In this document: positions 33,351-46,173 of the stretch, piece by piece | Position numbering within the stretch: the first letter of the stretch is position 1 | How the letters are laid out: each line of letters begins with the position of its first letter | NCBI GenBank assembly: GCA_002269645.1 | Contig: NIVC01002892.1 | Location: 62,001 to 126,000, forward strand | Reading direction: 5' to 3' | Length of the DNA stretch: 64,000 nucleotides | DNA from: Macrostomum lignano | Lineage: Eukaryota | Notes under the pieces: generated by a model | Seen by the model: the letters and a program-made list of their open reading frames with translations, nothing else | Told to the model about the DNA's origin: nothing | Database searches by the model: none | Translations under genes and position numbers: made by a program

Positions 33351-36052
33351 ATGGCTGCAAATCGCGCCAGCGCTAAAAAGATGGACTGCCGGCCCTCTCT
33401 CGAGCACCGGTATCGTCCGAACGAAGCCTACGGTCGCCAGCTTCTTGGACTGACGCCGACAGCTGAGCCATTGACTGCGAGCCCGCCGCCAGCAGGCCAG
33501 ATGCGAGCTCGACGCAGTCTGGAAGGCCGCCACTCGATCAGCCCACCGGCCGGCGAGCTCTTGCGCAACGCAGAGGAGATCCTGCGAGAGAATGAGCAGC
33601 TGCCGGAGGCTGCAGGCGCAGAGGCAGAGCAGCGCATGTCTCTCGACTGCGACGAGCCAGGCCAGACAAGCGCCCTGCCATCCAACGAGGCCGCAGCAAC
33701 CACCGAGCCACCAACTGCCGAGTCCAGCGAGCTCAGTGCGGCAGCGGCAGCGCCGACGTCTGAGGAGCGCCAGCAATCGGCTGCAGACCAGGCCTCGACG
33801 CTGCCAAAGCCCCCTGCCGAGCAACTGGACGCTGACATCAGTCAAATCATCTTCCCTGATGAGCCTGACTTGACTGACTGTCAGCAGACGATCTACGCCA
33901 GCGACAGCACCATCATCTATGCGCCCAAGTTCCTGAGCGAGGTCGCGGACCAAGTCTACGAGCGCCTGATCACCGACCTGCTGCCTCTGCCTTTCAGCAT
34001 CGTCCGAGTGAGCAGCGCCGCGTCTACTGGATCGGCCCGTCGTACACCTACAGCGGGGTTGAGCTGAAGGAAAATCTAACTGGCATCAGGTAATTGAAGA
34101 CATTCGTGACTTCATTTACCATGATACCCAGTTCGATGTCCCGAAGTTCAACTCCGTGTTGGTGAACTTCTACACCGAGCCGGGAGACCGGATTCCCTGG
34201 CACTCGGACGATGAGGATGAGCTCGGCGACAGGCCGACGATCGCGACCGTGTCCTTCGGCGCTGAGCGGCTGTTCATGCTGCGCCGTCGGGACGGCAACG
34301 TGACGCACCGCTTTCCAACGCTGCCAGGCTCGCTGATTCTGATGGCAGGAAACTGCCAGAAACGCCTGCAGCACCAGGTGCCCGCCGCCCACTCTCAGAA
34401 TGGCGTCCGCATCTCGCTAACATTCCGTGTCACCAAGCCGGAGCTGCGGCGCAAGCGAGCTCTGCCGGATGACCCGACCTACAGCCAGCCGCTAAACGGC
34501 GGCCCATTCGGCGACGACCAAGGCGGTCGGGACGACGACCAAGGCGGCCACGACGACGACCAGGGCGGCCGGGGCGACGACAGGCCCCAGGAGCGGCAGG
34601 CGACGGCGACGCGAGACCGCGAAGGCGATCGGGGTCGGCGCGGCCGTGGCGGCCACCAGCGAGGCAGGCGAGGAGGTCGCGGCGCGGCGTCCGGTGCGGC
34701 GGCGGCTTCGGCGGCTTCCTGGCCGGCCGGTGCGGCGGCGGCTTCGGCGACAAGCGCGCAGGCGGCTGCGGCAGCGCGGCCCTACGCGCAGGTTGCGGCG
34801 CGCCCTGCGCCGCCCAGAAGGCCCCAGGCTGCCATCCCGCCGATCGTTTTTGAGGTGCACCGGGACGCGGCCAACAAGCTGATGCAGTTCGTTGCCTGGC
34901 TGCAGACCAACTTTGCCGGCGAAGCTAGAGCCGTCAACACTGCGCCGATGGCGAATCAGCCGGCCTATCTCGTGTTCCCAGCGTCGGAGCGGGACTACAA
35001 CGTCTTCCTGGGCGGCGCGCTGCGCGAGGAGAAGCTGCTCGAGCATCCCGTAAAGCGCCGTCCAGCCCGAGCCCGACCGCTGGACAACAGAACAGGGCCC
35101 GACAGAGTGCAGCAGCAGCCGGTACGCACCTTCGTCGCTACTGAGGTGCCCCTCGCATTCTCGGAGGCTGACTTCGCGACCCTGTTGCGCGCACGCTCAA
35201 GCTGGACATTGTCAGCGTCCACAGAATCCGAGCCAGAGCGACTGGGAAGGCAACCCAGTTCGTGCGCATCTTCACAAAGTCGGCGATGACCTACGAGAAG
35301 TGCCTCCGCGATGGCATCTGCACCGACTTCTTGAAGTTCAACTGCGAGGACAGCCGCACAGACGAGCCGGTCCGCGCTCTGCAATGCCAGCGCTGCCAGG
35401 AGTTCGGCCACCGCGCTGCCAGTGTCGGGGGCAGCAGCGCTGCCGGATTTGCGGCGGCCAGCATTCCTGGAAGGAGTGCCAGCACGAGGGCCCAGCGGTC
35501 TGCGCCAACTGCGGCGGCTCGCACCGAACCACCAGTCGAGCCTGCACCGTCGCCAAGGCGGAGCACGACAAGGCGACCAGAGCGGCTGCTGAGGCCAAAG
35601 CCGCGGCGCGAGCTGCGGAAGCTGCGGCCGCTGCTGCCCCAGTGTCAAGTGAGACCGACGACGCCGCCGCCGACGACGACTCCGACAGCGGCTGGCTGAT
35701 CCGCCGAGGCAGGCGCACGGTGCCGGTACCCGCCGCGATCCGGCCGCTTGTCATCGTGACCGATGATGCCAGGAGCGCTCCGGCGGCAGAGACCGAGTCT
35801 GATGTCAATGCGACTGCTCCGTCAGCTGATGCCGGCCAGGCGGTGCAGCTGCAGCTTAGTGACTTTATGTCGGTGGTGAGCATGCTGTTGCCCCTGATCA
35901 CCCGCTCTCTGACTCAAGTGGTTGTGCAGGCCCTGTCCCGACCGCCTGGGGAGGTCCTCACTGTGGAATCAACCAGTAAAATGGTTGAGGACATTGTGCG
36001 GGCTGCACTCCAGGAAGTGCCGGGCATGGCTGGCATGACCACTGAGTCCTAG
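33351..36052 (+). pseudogene. ORF1 copy 2 (AlkB-gag) with 1-nt deletions at ~33989, ~34078, ~35191 and ~35420
   Basis: Same motifs as copy 1, split over several ORF pieces; the shifts may be assembly errors. Confidence 0.85.
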
Positions 36053-36138
36053 TCTCAGGCAGCTAAACTCAAGACTTGAATTGAAACTTCAGTGCGTTAA
36101 CTGTAGACTCAAACAATCAAACCACAGCCCTGAAGATT

Positions 36139-38918
36139 ATGCATTTAAACTGCAGGGGATTCAACCCGAAAATCAGAGAGCTGACACAGTGGGTCGTCAG
36201 TCAGGAGCTAGACATTGCCCTCTTTTCTGAGACCATTCTCAAAAGTTGTCACACTGTCCAGATTCCCGGGTACTCCATCATTCGGTATGATACCCCGCAA
36301 GTCAAACGCGGGCTTCTCCTTGCCCACTCTCCTCGCGTCAAACTCACAAATGTGCGCTTGCAGTATGACAATGTCAACCATGAAGCCATCTCTTGCACCG
36401 TGAGCTTGTCTGACAACTCTGGTCCTGACTTCAATCTCGCTCTGGTGTACAGGTCTCCAGCACCGTACCATCTGAACCTGAACCTACTCAAAAATCTTCT
36501 CTCTCGTAGGCGCAGTGTGCTCATGGGTGACCTCAATGCCAGACACCGCTTCCTCGGGGGTGACAGCAGCAACAACATGGCTGGCTACCAGCTGCACGAC
36601 TGGCTGTCTGAGGGCCCCACCTCGCCCACCATTCTCAATCAAGCCGGTCAGTTCACCAGACTGGCCACCAAAAACGGGCTGATTTCTAGGAATGTCTTGG
36701 ACCTCGCCCTGGCCACTGAGGACTTTCTCCCATTTGTGCAGACTTTGAGGTGGGTCCTGACCTGGGCAGTGACCACTTACCTATAATCCTCACGCTCAAT
36801 ATTCAGTCGAAGAAATGGGCTGGTCCCCCCAGACCCAAAAACTTCTCAAAAACAAACTGGGACGAGTTCAGACTCAAAATCAGTGAAGCTTTGAGCTCAG
36901 ATCAGAATATTAAATTATCAAATGCTGACCAAATCAATGCCGAAGTGGATCACATCACAAAGGCCATTCACACCGTGATTGACTCCACAGTACCAGACTG
37001 TGGTGCCAAAAACGCCCTACCCAAGTACATCCTCGACCTGATCAAAGAGCGCAGACGACTCAGACGCCTCTTCTTCAGCACACGGGATCAAAATTTCAAA
37101 ACCCAAGCAAACCAGCTCGCAAATCGCATAAAGAGAGAAATTAACTCCTTCCAGAATGGAAAGCTCACCAAAGTCTGTGAGAGTATTGTTGAAAACAGCA
37201 AGAACAAGAAAGTGAAGAATTTCTGGCATGACACTAAAAAGCTGATGGGCAAATTTAAGCCAACCTCGATCCCCAGCCTCACCCTGGGTCAAACAACTGC
37301 GCACACAGATCTGGAGAAGGCTAACCTTCTAGCCGAGACTCTGGACTCAAAGATGCGCCCAGTCCCTTCCACATGCGAACAGCTCAAACGTGAGGTGGCC
37401 GATGTGGCACAGCTCACCTCATTCTACCCCGTTCCTGAGGGAATCGAACCCATCGAGACCCACCCACTTGATGCTGCATTCTCTGTGGCAGACACAGTGT
37501 GGGAACTGGAGCACCTCAGGCCTGATGGAGCACCCGGGCTGGACAAGATTCCCAACTGCGTCCTCAAGCTGGGCTTAGAGGGGGTGGCAATCACGAGACT
37601 CACTAACCTCTTCAACGCCTGCTACGGTCGAGGGATTTTCCCCAGCGCCTGGAAGAAAGCTGTGGTGACAATGATCCCCAAGCCGGACAAACCGCCCGAA
37701 CACCCCAACTCCTACAGACCAATCAGCCTGACCTCATGTCTGGGCAAAGTGTTTGAGAAGCTTATAGCAAAAAGACTCACCAAGCACCTTGAGGATAATA
37801 AGACCCTAGGAGATGACCAATGCGCCTACCGCAAAATTCACTCCACGTATGACAACCTGTGCCGTCTGGCACAAGATGTCATGGTAGCAAAGTGCAAAGC
37901 TAAAAAGTCCGCTGCAGTCTTCCTGGATGCAGAGGCAGCTTTTGACTCCACCTGGCACGACAAGATCAGGCATAGCATGCTCACCGATGGTTTTCCACCT
38001 ATGCTCATGCGAATCCTGTCTGACTACCTGCGAGACAGACAGATCCAGGTTCGAATCGAGGGGGCCCTAAGCGATCCCCACACCATCCAGGCTGGCGTCC
38101 CTCAGGGAGGCATTCTGAGCCCTCTCCTGTACCTCCTCTTCGTCAGCTCAATGCCGACTCCCACCATCTCAAGCGTCAAACGCAGTCAATTCGCAGACGA
38201 CATGGCCGTCTGGGCCTCAGCAGACACCTTTGCGGGGCTCCGAACATCCCTTCAAAGCTACCTCAGACGAGTCTTTGACTGGTGCGGTAAACAAGGCATT
38301 AGACTGAATGCCGGTAAAAGCAAAGCAATCGCTTTCAACTACAAACCCACTAGGCGCATGGACTTGCGACCCAAACTGTATCTGGGGGACACTGAGGTTC
38401 CGTACTGTCAGGAGGTGAAATTCCTGGGTGTCCTCCTTGACCAGAGCCTCTGCCTGAACAAACATGTGGACAACATGGCAGATACCAGCAGAGCCATTGT
38501 AATGTCACTGTGCAGAATTGCAAAAATGACTAAGCTGAGTAGCACCACCCTCAGAATGCTGTACAGGGCATACGGAGAAAGCGCTCTCACCTACGGAGCG
38601 CCAATCCTGAGCCAAATCTGTGCGACTAACCAAATCAAATTGCAGAAAATTCAAAACCTGGCTCTCCGTATCTGCTATGGTGTGCCATCCTACATCAGCA
38701 TTGAATACCTGCACAAGCTGGCAGGTATGCCGATGCTCGCAGACAGGGTCAAGCAGCTGGGGGTGGCTTGGCTGCTCAAGATGAGGGCAGCCAAGCTCCA
38801 CAGCTTCCACATTGAGCCGGAAGCCCCTCGGGCTCCGGGCCGAACCCCTGTCCTCAATGTCCTCTGGGATGCCATGAGGCGTCGGGAAAGAAACAGGGGA
38901 TTCCCACCCCAGGGTTAG
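36139..38918 (+). pseudogene. ORF2 copy 2 (APE-RT) with a 1-nt deletion at ~36741
   Basis: ORF pieces 36139-36786 and 36750-38918 join to give the copy 1 protein. Confidence 0.88.
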
Positions 38919-39518
38919 GCTGGCTACCAGCCTTCCAAACCGGAAGTGACCACGCTCTGAAACGCAACTAATAAAACTAAACTTGCTGCCTGAGACAGAG
39001 ATCGGTTGATCAGTCATTAGGACTGATTAGGTAATCTCTATGTCTCCTCGCGTTTCTTTTTACAATTTTCCCAACTGTGTTTTTTACCCAACTGCTCTAC
39101 AAATATCACTAATTGCTTTTTTACACCTTTACTATATTCATTCTATTTTTACAACTAAATTCAAATATGCGCTATTGCATTTTTAATCTCTATTTTTTTA
39201 CTTAAATGTCTTGCTTTTACTCTCAATAGGCCTTCAAATATCTAGCACGTATTTTTTAGATGTCCTGTTTTTATTAGATCCCTTCTTTGTGCGGGATTTC
39301 CCTCCCCTCTTTTTTATCCCCAAATGCGTGCAAAATACTGCAAAATATTGAAAAATAGTTTTATATATGTATATTTTTAATTTCAATATTCGTATTAAAT
39401 ATTCAAATCGAAATCTTGTAAATATTTTTAATTCTTTCGATCAAATACAAAATATAACTGCGGCAGAGTTCTTCGGAACTGACCCGCGCCGGTTTCGACG
39501 GCACCTCGTTTTAACAAC

Positions 39519-39613
39519 AAAGATTTCCGTGGAGGGATACTCTTAGGAGAATTCTCTAGTTTTTGCAGGCCTTTCCTAGAAAGGCTTATTAGAAGTTGAA
39601 TAGTTTAGACTAG
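39519..39613 (+). repeat. DR3: orphan U5 3' half (95 bp)
   Basis: Direct match to DR1 and DR5. Confidence 0.93.
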
Positions 39614-39804
39614 CCTAGCTTAGCTCTTAAAGTACTTTAGTTAGCCTTCCATTCCACTGTACATTTGTTTTTATCTCTACCCCACCCCTAGTCTTATCTT
39701 GCAGTCGCCCCACCCCTCTCAGCGAGCGCACTTTGTGTGCCTCCTGACTCATTAGTAGTTGTCTAGTTTAGTTTAGTGTGAGTGCACCCAAATAATCACG
39801 CCAT

Positions 39805-42527
39805 ATGGCTGCAAATCGCGCCAGCGCTAAAAAGATGGACTGCCGGCCCTCTCTCGAGCACCGGTATCGTCCGAACGAAGCCTACGGTCGCCAGCTTCTT
39901 GGACTGACGCCGACAGCTGAGCCATTGACTGCGAGCCCGCCGCCAGCAGGCCAGATGCGAGCTCGACGCAGTCTGGAAGGCCGCCACTCGATCAGCCCAC
40001 CGGCCGGCGAGCTCTTGCGCAACGCAGAGGAGATCCTGCGAGAGAATGAGCAGCTGCCGGAGGCTGCAGGCGCAGAGGCAGAGCAGCGCATGTCTCTCGA
40101 CTGCGACGAGCCAGGCCAGACAAGCGCCCTGCCATCCAACGAGGCCGCAGCAACCACCGAGCCACCAACTGCCGAGTCCAGCGAGCTCAGTGCGGCAGCG
40201 GCAGCGCCGACGTCTGAGGAGCGCCAGCAATCGGCTGCAGACCAGGCCTCGACGCTGCCAAAGCCCCCTGCCGAGCAACTGGACGCTGACATCAGTCAAA
40301 TCATCTTCCCTGATGAGCCTGACTTGACTGACTGTCAGCAGACGATCTACGCCAGCGACAGCACCATCATCTATGCGCCCAAGTTCCTGAGCGAGGTCGC
40401 GGACCAAGTCTACGAGCGCCTGATCACCGACCTGCTGCCTCTGCCTTTCAGCATCGTCCGAGTGAGCAGCGCCGCGTCTACTGGATCGGCCCGTCGTACA
40501 CCTACAGCGGGGTTGAGCTGAAGGAAAATCTAGACTGGCATCAGGTAATTGAAGACATTCGTGACTTCATTTACCATGATACCCAGTTCGATGTCCCGAA
40601 GTTCAACTCCGTGTTGGTGAACTTCTACACCGAGCCGGGAGACCGGATTCCCTGGCACTCGGACGATGAGGATGAGCTCGGCGACAGGCCGACGATCGCG
40701 ACCGTGTCCTTCGGCGCTGAGCGGCTGTTCATGCTGCGCCGTCGGGACGGCAACGTGACGCACCGCTTTCCAACGCTGCCAGGCTCGCTGATTCTGATGG
40801 CAGGAAACTGCCAGAAACGCCTGCAGCACCAGGTGCCCGCCGCCCACTCTCAGAATGGCGTCCGCATCTCGCTAACATTCCGTGTCACCAAGCCGGAGCT
40901 GCGGCGCAAGCGAGCTCTGCCGGATGACCCGACCTACAGCCAGCCGCTAAACGGCGGCCCATTCGGCGACGACCAAGGCGGTCGGGACGACGACCAAGGC
41001 GGCCACGACGACGACCAGGGCGGCCGGGGCGACGACAGGCCCCAGGAGCGGCAGGCGACGGCGACGCGAGACCGCGAAGGCGATCGGGGTCGGCGCGGCC
41101 GTGGCGGCCACCAGCGAGGCAGGCGAGGAGGTCGCGGCGCGGCGTCCGGTGCGGCGGCGGCTTCGGCGGCTTCCTGGCCGGCCGGTGCGGCGGCGGCTTC
41201 GGCGACAAGCGCGCAGGCGGCTGCGGCAGCGCGGCCCTACGCGCAGGTTGCGGCGCGCCCTGCGCCGCCCAGAAGGCCCCAGGCTGCCATCCCGCCGATC
41301 GTTTTTGAGGTGCACCGGGACGCGGCCAACAAGCTGATGCAGTTCGTTGCCTGGCTGCAGACCAACTTTGCCGGCGAAGCTCGAGCCGTCAACACTGCGC
41401 CGATGGCGAATCAGCCGGCCTATCTCGTGTTCCCAGCGTCGGAGCGGGACTACAACGTCTTCCTGGGCGGCGCGCTGCGCGAGGAGAAGCTGCTCGAGCA
41501 TCCCGTAAAGCGCCGTCCAGCCCGAGCCCGACCGCTGGACAACAGAACAGGGCCCGACAGAGTGCAGCAGCAGCCGGTACGCACCTTCGTCGCTACTGAG
41601 GTGCCCCTCGCATTCTCGGAGGCTGACTTCGCGACCCTGTTGCGCGACACGCTCAAGCTGGACATTGTCAGCGTCCACAGAATCCGAGCCAGAGCGACTG
41701 GGAAGGCAACCCAGTTCGTGCGCATCTTCACAAAGTCGGCGATGACCTACGAGAAGTGCCTCCGCGATGGCATCTGCACCGACTTCTTGAAGTTCAACTG
41801 CGAGGACAGCCGCACAGACGAGCCGGTCCGCGCTCTGCAATGCCAGCGCTGCCAGGAGTTCGGCCACCGCGCTGCCCAGTGTCGGGGGCAGCAGCGCTGC
41901 CGGATTTGCGGCGGCCAGCATTCCTGGAAGGAGTGCCAGCACGAGGGCCCAGCGGTCTGCGCCAACTGCGGCGGCTCGCACCGAACCACCAGTCGAGCCT
42001 GCACCGTCGCCAAGGCGGAGCACGACAAGGCGACCAGAGCGGCTGCTGAGGCCAAAGCCGCGGCGCGAGCTGCGGAAGCTGCGGCCGCTGCTGCCCCAGT
42101 GTCAAGTGAGACCGACGACGCCGCCGCCGACGACGACTCCGACAGCGGCTGGCTGATCCGCCGAGGCAGGCGCACGGTGCCGGTACCCGCCGCGATCCGG
42201 CCGCTTGTCATCGTGACCGATGATGCCAGGAGCGCTCCGGCGGCAGAGACCGAGTCTGCAGCAGCTGCCAGCGCTGATGTCAATGCGACTGCTCCGTCAG
42301 CTGATGCCGGCCAGGCGGTGCAGCTGCAGCTTAGTGACTTTATGTCGGTGGTGAGCATGCTGTTGCCCCTGATCACCCGCTCTCTGACTCAAGTGGTTGT
42401 GCAGGCCCTGTCCCGACCGCCTGGGGAGGTCCTCACTGTGGAATCAACCAGTAAAATGGTTGAGGACATTGTGCGGGCTGCACTCCAGGAAGTGCCGGGC
42501 ATGGCTGGCATGACCACTGAGTCCTAG
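39805..42527 (+). CDS. ORF1 copy 3 (AlkB-gag, 907 aa if the single 1-nt deletion at ~40443 is corrected)
   Basis: ORF 40611-42527 runs unbroken from the AlkB catalytic core through all three zinc knuckles, which proves the fusion. Confidence 0.88.
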
Positions 42528-42613
42528 TCTCAGGCAGCTAAACTCAAGACTTGAATTGAAACTTCAGTGCGTTAACTGTAGACTCAAACAATCAAACCAC
42601 AGCCCTGAAGATT

Positions 42614-45393
42614 ATGCATTTAAACTGCAGGGGATTCAACCCGAAAATCAGAGAGCTGACACAGTGGGTCGTCAGTCAGGAGCTAGACATTGCCCTCTTC
42701 TCTGAGACCATTCTCAAAAGTTGTCACACTGTCCAGATTCCCGGGTACTCCATCATTCGGTATGATACCCCGCAAGTCAAACGCGGGCTTCTCCTTGCCC
42801 ACTCTCCTCGCGTCAAACTCACAAATGTGCGCTTGCAGTATGACAATGTCAACCATGAAGCCATCTCTTGCACCGTGAGCTTGTCTGACAACTCTGGTCC
42901 TGACTTCAATCTCGCTCTGGTGTACAGGTCTCCAGCACCGTACCATCTGAACCTGAACCTACTCAAAAATCTTCTCTCCGTAGGCGCAGTGTGCTCATGG
43001 GTGACCTCAATGCCAGACACCGCTTCCTCGGGGGTGACAGCAGCAACAACATGGCTGGCTACCAGCTGCACGACTGGCTGTCTGAGGGCCCCACCTCGCC
43101 CACCATTCTCAATCAAGCCGGTCAGTTCACCAGACTGGCCACCAAAAACGGGCTGATTTCTAGGAATGTCTTGGACCTCGCCCTGGCCACTGAGGACTTT
43201 CTCCCATTTGTGCAGGACTTTGAGGTGGGTCCTGACCTGGGCAGTGACCACTTACCTATAATCCTCACGCTCAATATTCAGTCGAAGAAATGGGCTGGTC
43301 CCCCCAGACCCAAAAACTTCTCAAAAACAAACTGGGACGAGTTCAGACTCAAAATCAGTGAAGCTTTGAGCTCAGATCAGAATATTAAATTATCAAATGC
43401 TGACCAAATCAATGCCGAAGTGGATCACATCACAAAGGCCATTCACACCGTGATTGACTCCACAGTACCAGACTGTGGTGCCAAAAACGCCCTACCCAAG
43501 TACATCCTCGACCTGATCAAAGAGCGCAGACGACTCAGACGCCTCTTCTTCAGCACACGGGATCAAAATTTCAAAACCCAAGCAAACCAGCTCGCAAATC
43601 GCATAAAGAGAGAAATTAACTCCTTCCAGAATGGAAAGCTCACCAAAGTCTGTGAGAGTATTGTTGAAAACAGCAAGAACAAGAAAGTGAAGAATTTCTG
43701 GCATGACACTAAAAAGCTGATGGGCAAATTTAAGCCAACCTCGATCCCCAGCCTCACCCTGGGTCAAACAACTGCGCACACAGATCTGGAGAAGGCTAAC
43801 CTTCTAGCCGAGACTCTGGACTCAAAGATGCGCCCAGTCCCTTCCACATGCGAACAGCTCAAACGTGAGGTGGCCGATGTGGCACAGCTCACCTCATTCT
43901 ACCCCGTTCCTGAGGGAATCGAACCCATCGAGACCCACCCACTTGATGCTGCATTCTCTGTGGCAGACACAGTGTGGGAACTGGAGCACCTCAGGCCTGA
44001 TGGAGCACCCGGGCTGGACAAGATTCCCAACTGCGTCCTCAAGCTGGGCTTAGAGGGGGTGGCAATCACGAGACTCACTAACCTCTTCAACGCCTGCTAC
44101 GGTCGAGGGATTTTCCCCAGCGCCTGGAAGAAAGCTGTGGTGACAATGATCCCCAAGCCGGACAAACCGCCCGAACACCCCAACTCCTACAGACCAATCA
44201 GCCTGACCTCATGTCTGGGCAAAGTGTTTGAGAAGCTTATAGCAAAAAGACTCACCAAGCACCTTGAGGATAATAAGACCCTAGGAGATGACCAATGCGC
44301 CTACCGCAAAATTCACTCCACGTATGACAACCTGTGCCGTCTGGCACAAGATGTCATGGTAGCAAAGTGCAAAGCTAAAAAGTCCGCTGCAGTCTTCCTG
44401 GATGCAGAGGCAGCTTTTGACTCCACCTGGCACGACAAGATCAGGCATAGCATGCTCACCGATGGTTTTCCACCTATGCTCATGCGAATCCTGTCTGACT
44501 ACCTGCGAGACAGACAGATCCAGGTTCGAATCGAGGGGGCCCTAAGCGATCCCCACACCATCCAGGCTGGCGTCCCTCAGGGAGGCATTCTGAGCCCTCT
44601 CCTGTACCTCCTCTTCGTCAGCTCAATGCCGACTCCCACCATCTCAAGCGTCAAACGCAGTCAATTCGCAGACGACATGGCCGTCTGGGCCTCAGCAGAC
44701 ACCTTTGCGGGGCTCCGAACATCCCTTCAAAGCTACCTCAGACGAGTCTTTGACTGGTGCGGTAAACAAGGCATTAGACTGAATGCCGGTAAAAGCAAAG
44801 CAATCGCTTTCAACTACAAACCCACTAGGCGCATGGACTTGCGACCCAAACTGTATCTGGGGGACACTGAGGTTCCGTACTGTCAGGAGGTGAAATTCCT
44901 GGGTGTCCTCCTTGACCAGAGCCTCTGCCTGAACAAACATGTGGACAACATGGCAGATACCAGCAGAGCCATTGTAATGTCACTGTGCAGAATTGCAAAA
45001 ATGACTAAGCTGAGTAGCACCACCCTCAGAATGCTGTACAGGGCATACGGAGAAAGCGCTCTCACCTACGGAGCGCCAATCCTGAGCCAAATCTGTGCGA
45101 CTAACCAAATCAAATTGCAGAAAATTCAAAACCTGGCTCTCCGTATCTGCTATGGTGTGCCATCCTACATCAGCATTGAATACCTGCACAAGCTGGCAGG
45201 TATGCCGATGCTCGCAGACAGGGTCAAGCAGCTGGGGGTGGCTTGGCTGCTCAAGATGAGGGCAGCCAAGCTCCACAGCTTCCACATTGAGCCGGAAGCC
45301 CCTCGGGCTCCGGGCCGAACCCCTGTCCTCAATGTCCTCTGGGATGCCATGAGGCGTCGGGAAAGAAACAGGGGATTCCCACCCCAGGGTTAG
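42614..45393 (+). pseudogene. ORF2 copy 3 (APE-RT) with a 1-nt deletion at ~42978
   Basis: ORF pieces 42614-43156 and 42991-45393. Confidence 0.88.
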
Positions 45394-45995
45394 GCTGGCT
45401 ACCAGCCTTCCAAACCGGAAGTGACCACGCTCTGAAACGCAACTAATAAAACTAAACTTGCTGCCTGAGACAGAGATCGGTTGATCAGTCATTAGGACTG
45501 ATTAGGTAATCTCTATGTCTCCTCGCGTTTCTTTTTACAATTTTCCCAACTGTGTTTTTTACCCAACTGCTCTACAAATATCACTAATTGCTTTTTTACA
45601 CCTTTACTATATTCATTCTATTTTTACAACTAAATTCAAATATGCGCTATTGCATTTTTAATCTCTATTTTTTTTTACTTAAATGTCTTGCTTTTACTCT
45701 CAATAGGCCTTCAAATATCAAGCACGTATTTTTTAGATGTCCTGTTTTTATTAGATCCCTTCTTTGTGTGGGATTTCCCTCCCCTCTTTTTTATCCCCAA
45801 ATGCGTGCAAAATACTGCAAAATATTGAAAAATAGTTTTATATATGTATATTTTTAATTTCAATATTCGTATTAAATATTCAAATCGAAATCTTGTAAAT
45901 ATTTTTAATTCTTTCGATCAAATACAAAATATAACTGCGGCAGAGTTCTTCGGAACTGACCCGCGCCGGTTTCGACGGCACCTCGTTTTAACAAC

Positions 45996-46090
45996 AAAGA
46001 TTTCCGTGGAGGGATACTCTTAAGAGAATTCTCTAGTTTTTGCAGGCCTTTCCTAGAAAGGCTTATTAGAAGTTGAATAGTTTAGACTAG
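45996..46090 (+). repeat. DR4: orphan U5 3' half (95 bp)
   Basis: Direct match, with a G>A variant at 46023. Confidence 0.93.
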
Positions 46091-46173
46091 CCTAGCTTAG
46101 CTCTTAAAAGTACTTTAGTTAGCCTTCCATTCCACTGTACATTTGTTTTTATCTCTACCCCACCCCTAGTCTT

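Larger units (their letters stand above)
33162..39518 (+). mobile_element. U5-associated AlkB-LINE, copy 2
   Basis: Near-identical to copy 1; ATG offset is 6453 bp. Confidence 0.92.
39614..45995 (+). mobile_element. U5-associated AlkB-LINE, copy 3
   Basis: Near-identical unit; carries an 18-bp in-frame ORF1 insertion (AAAASA) shared with copy 4. Confidence 0.92.
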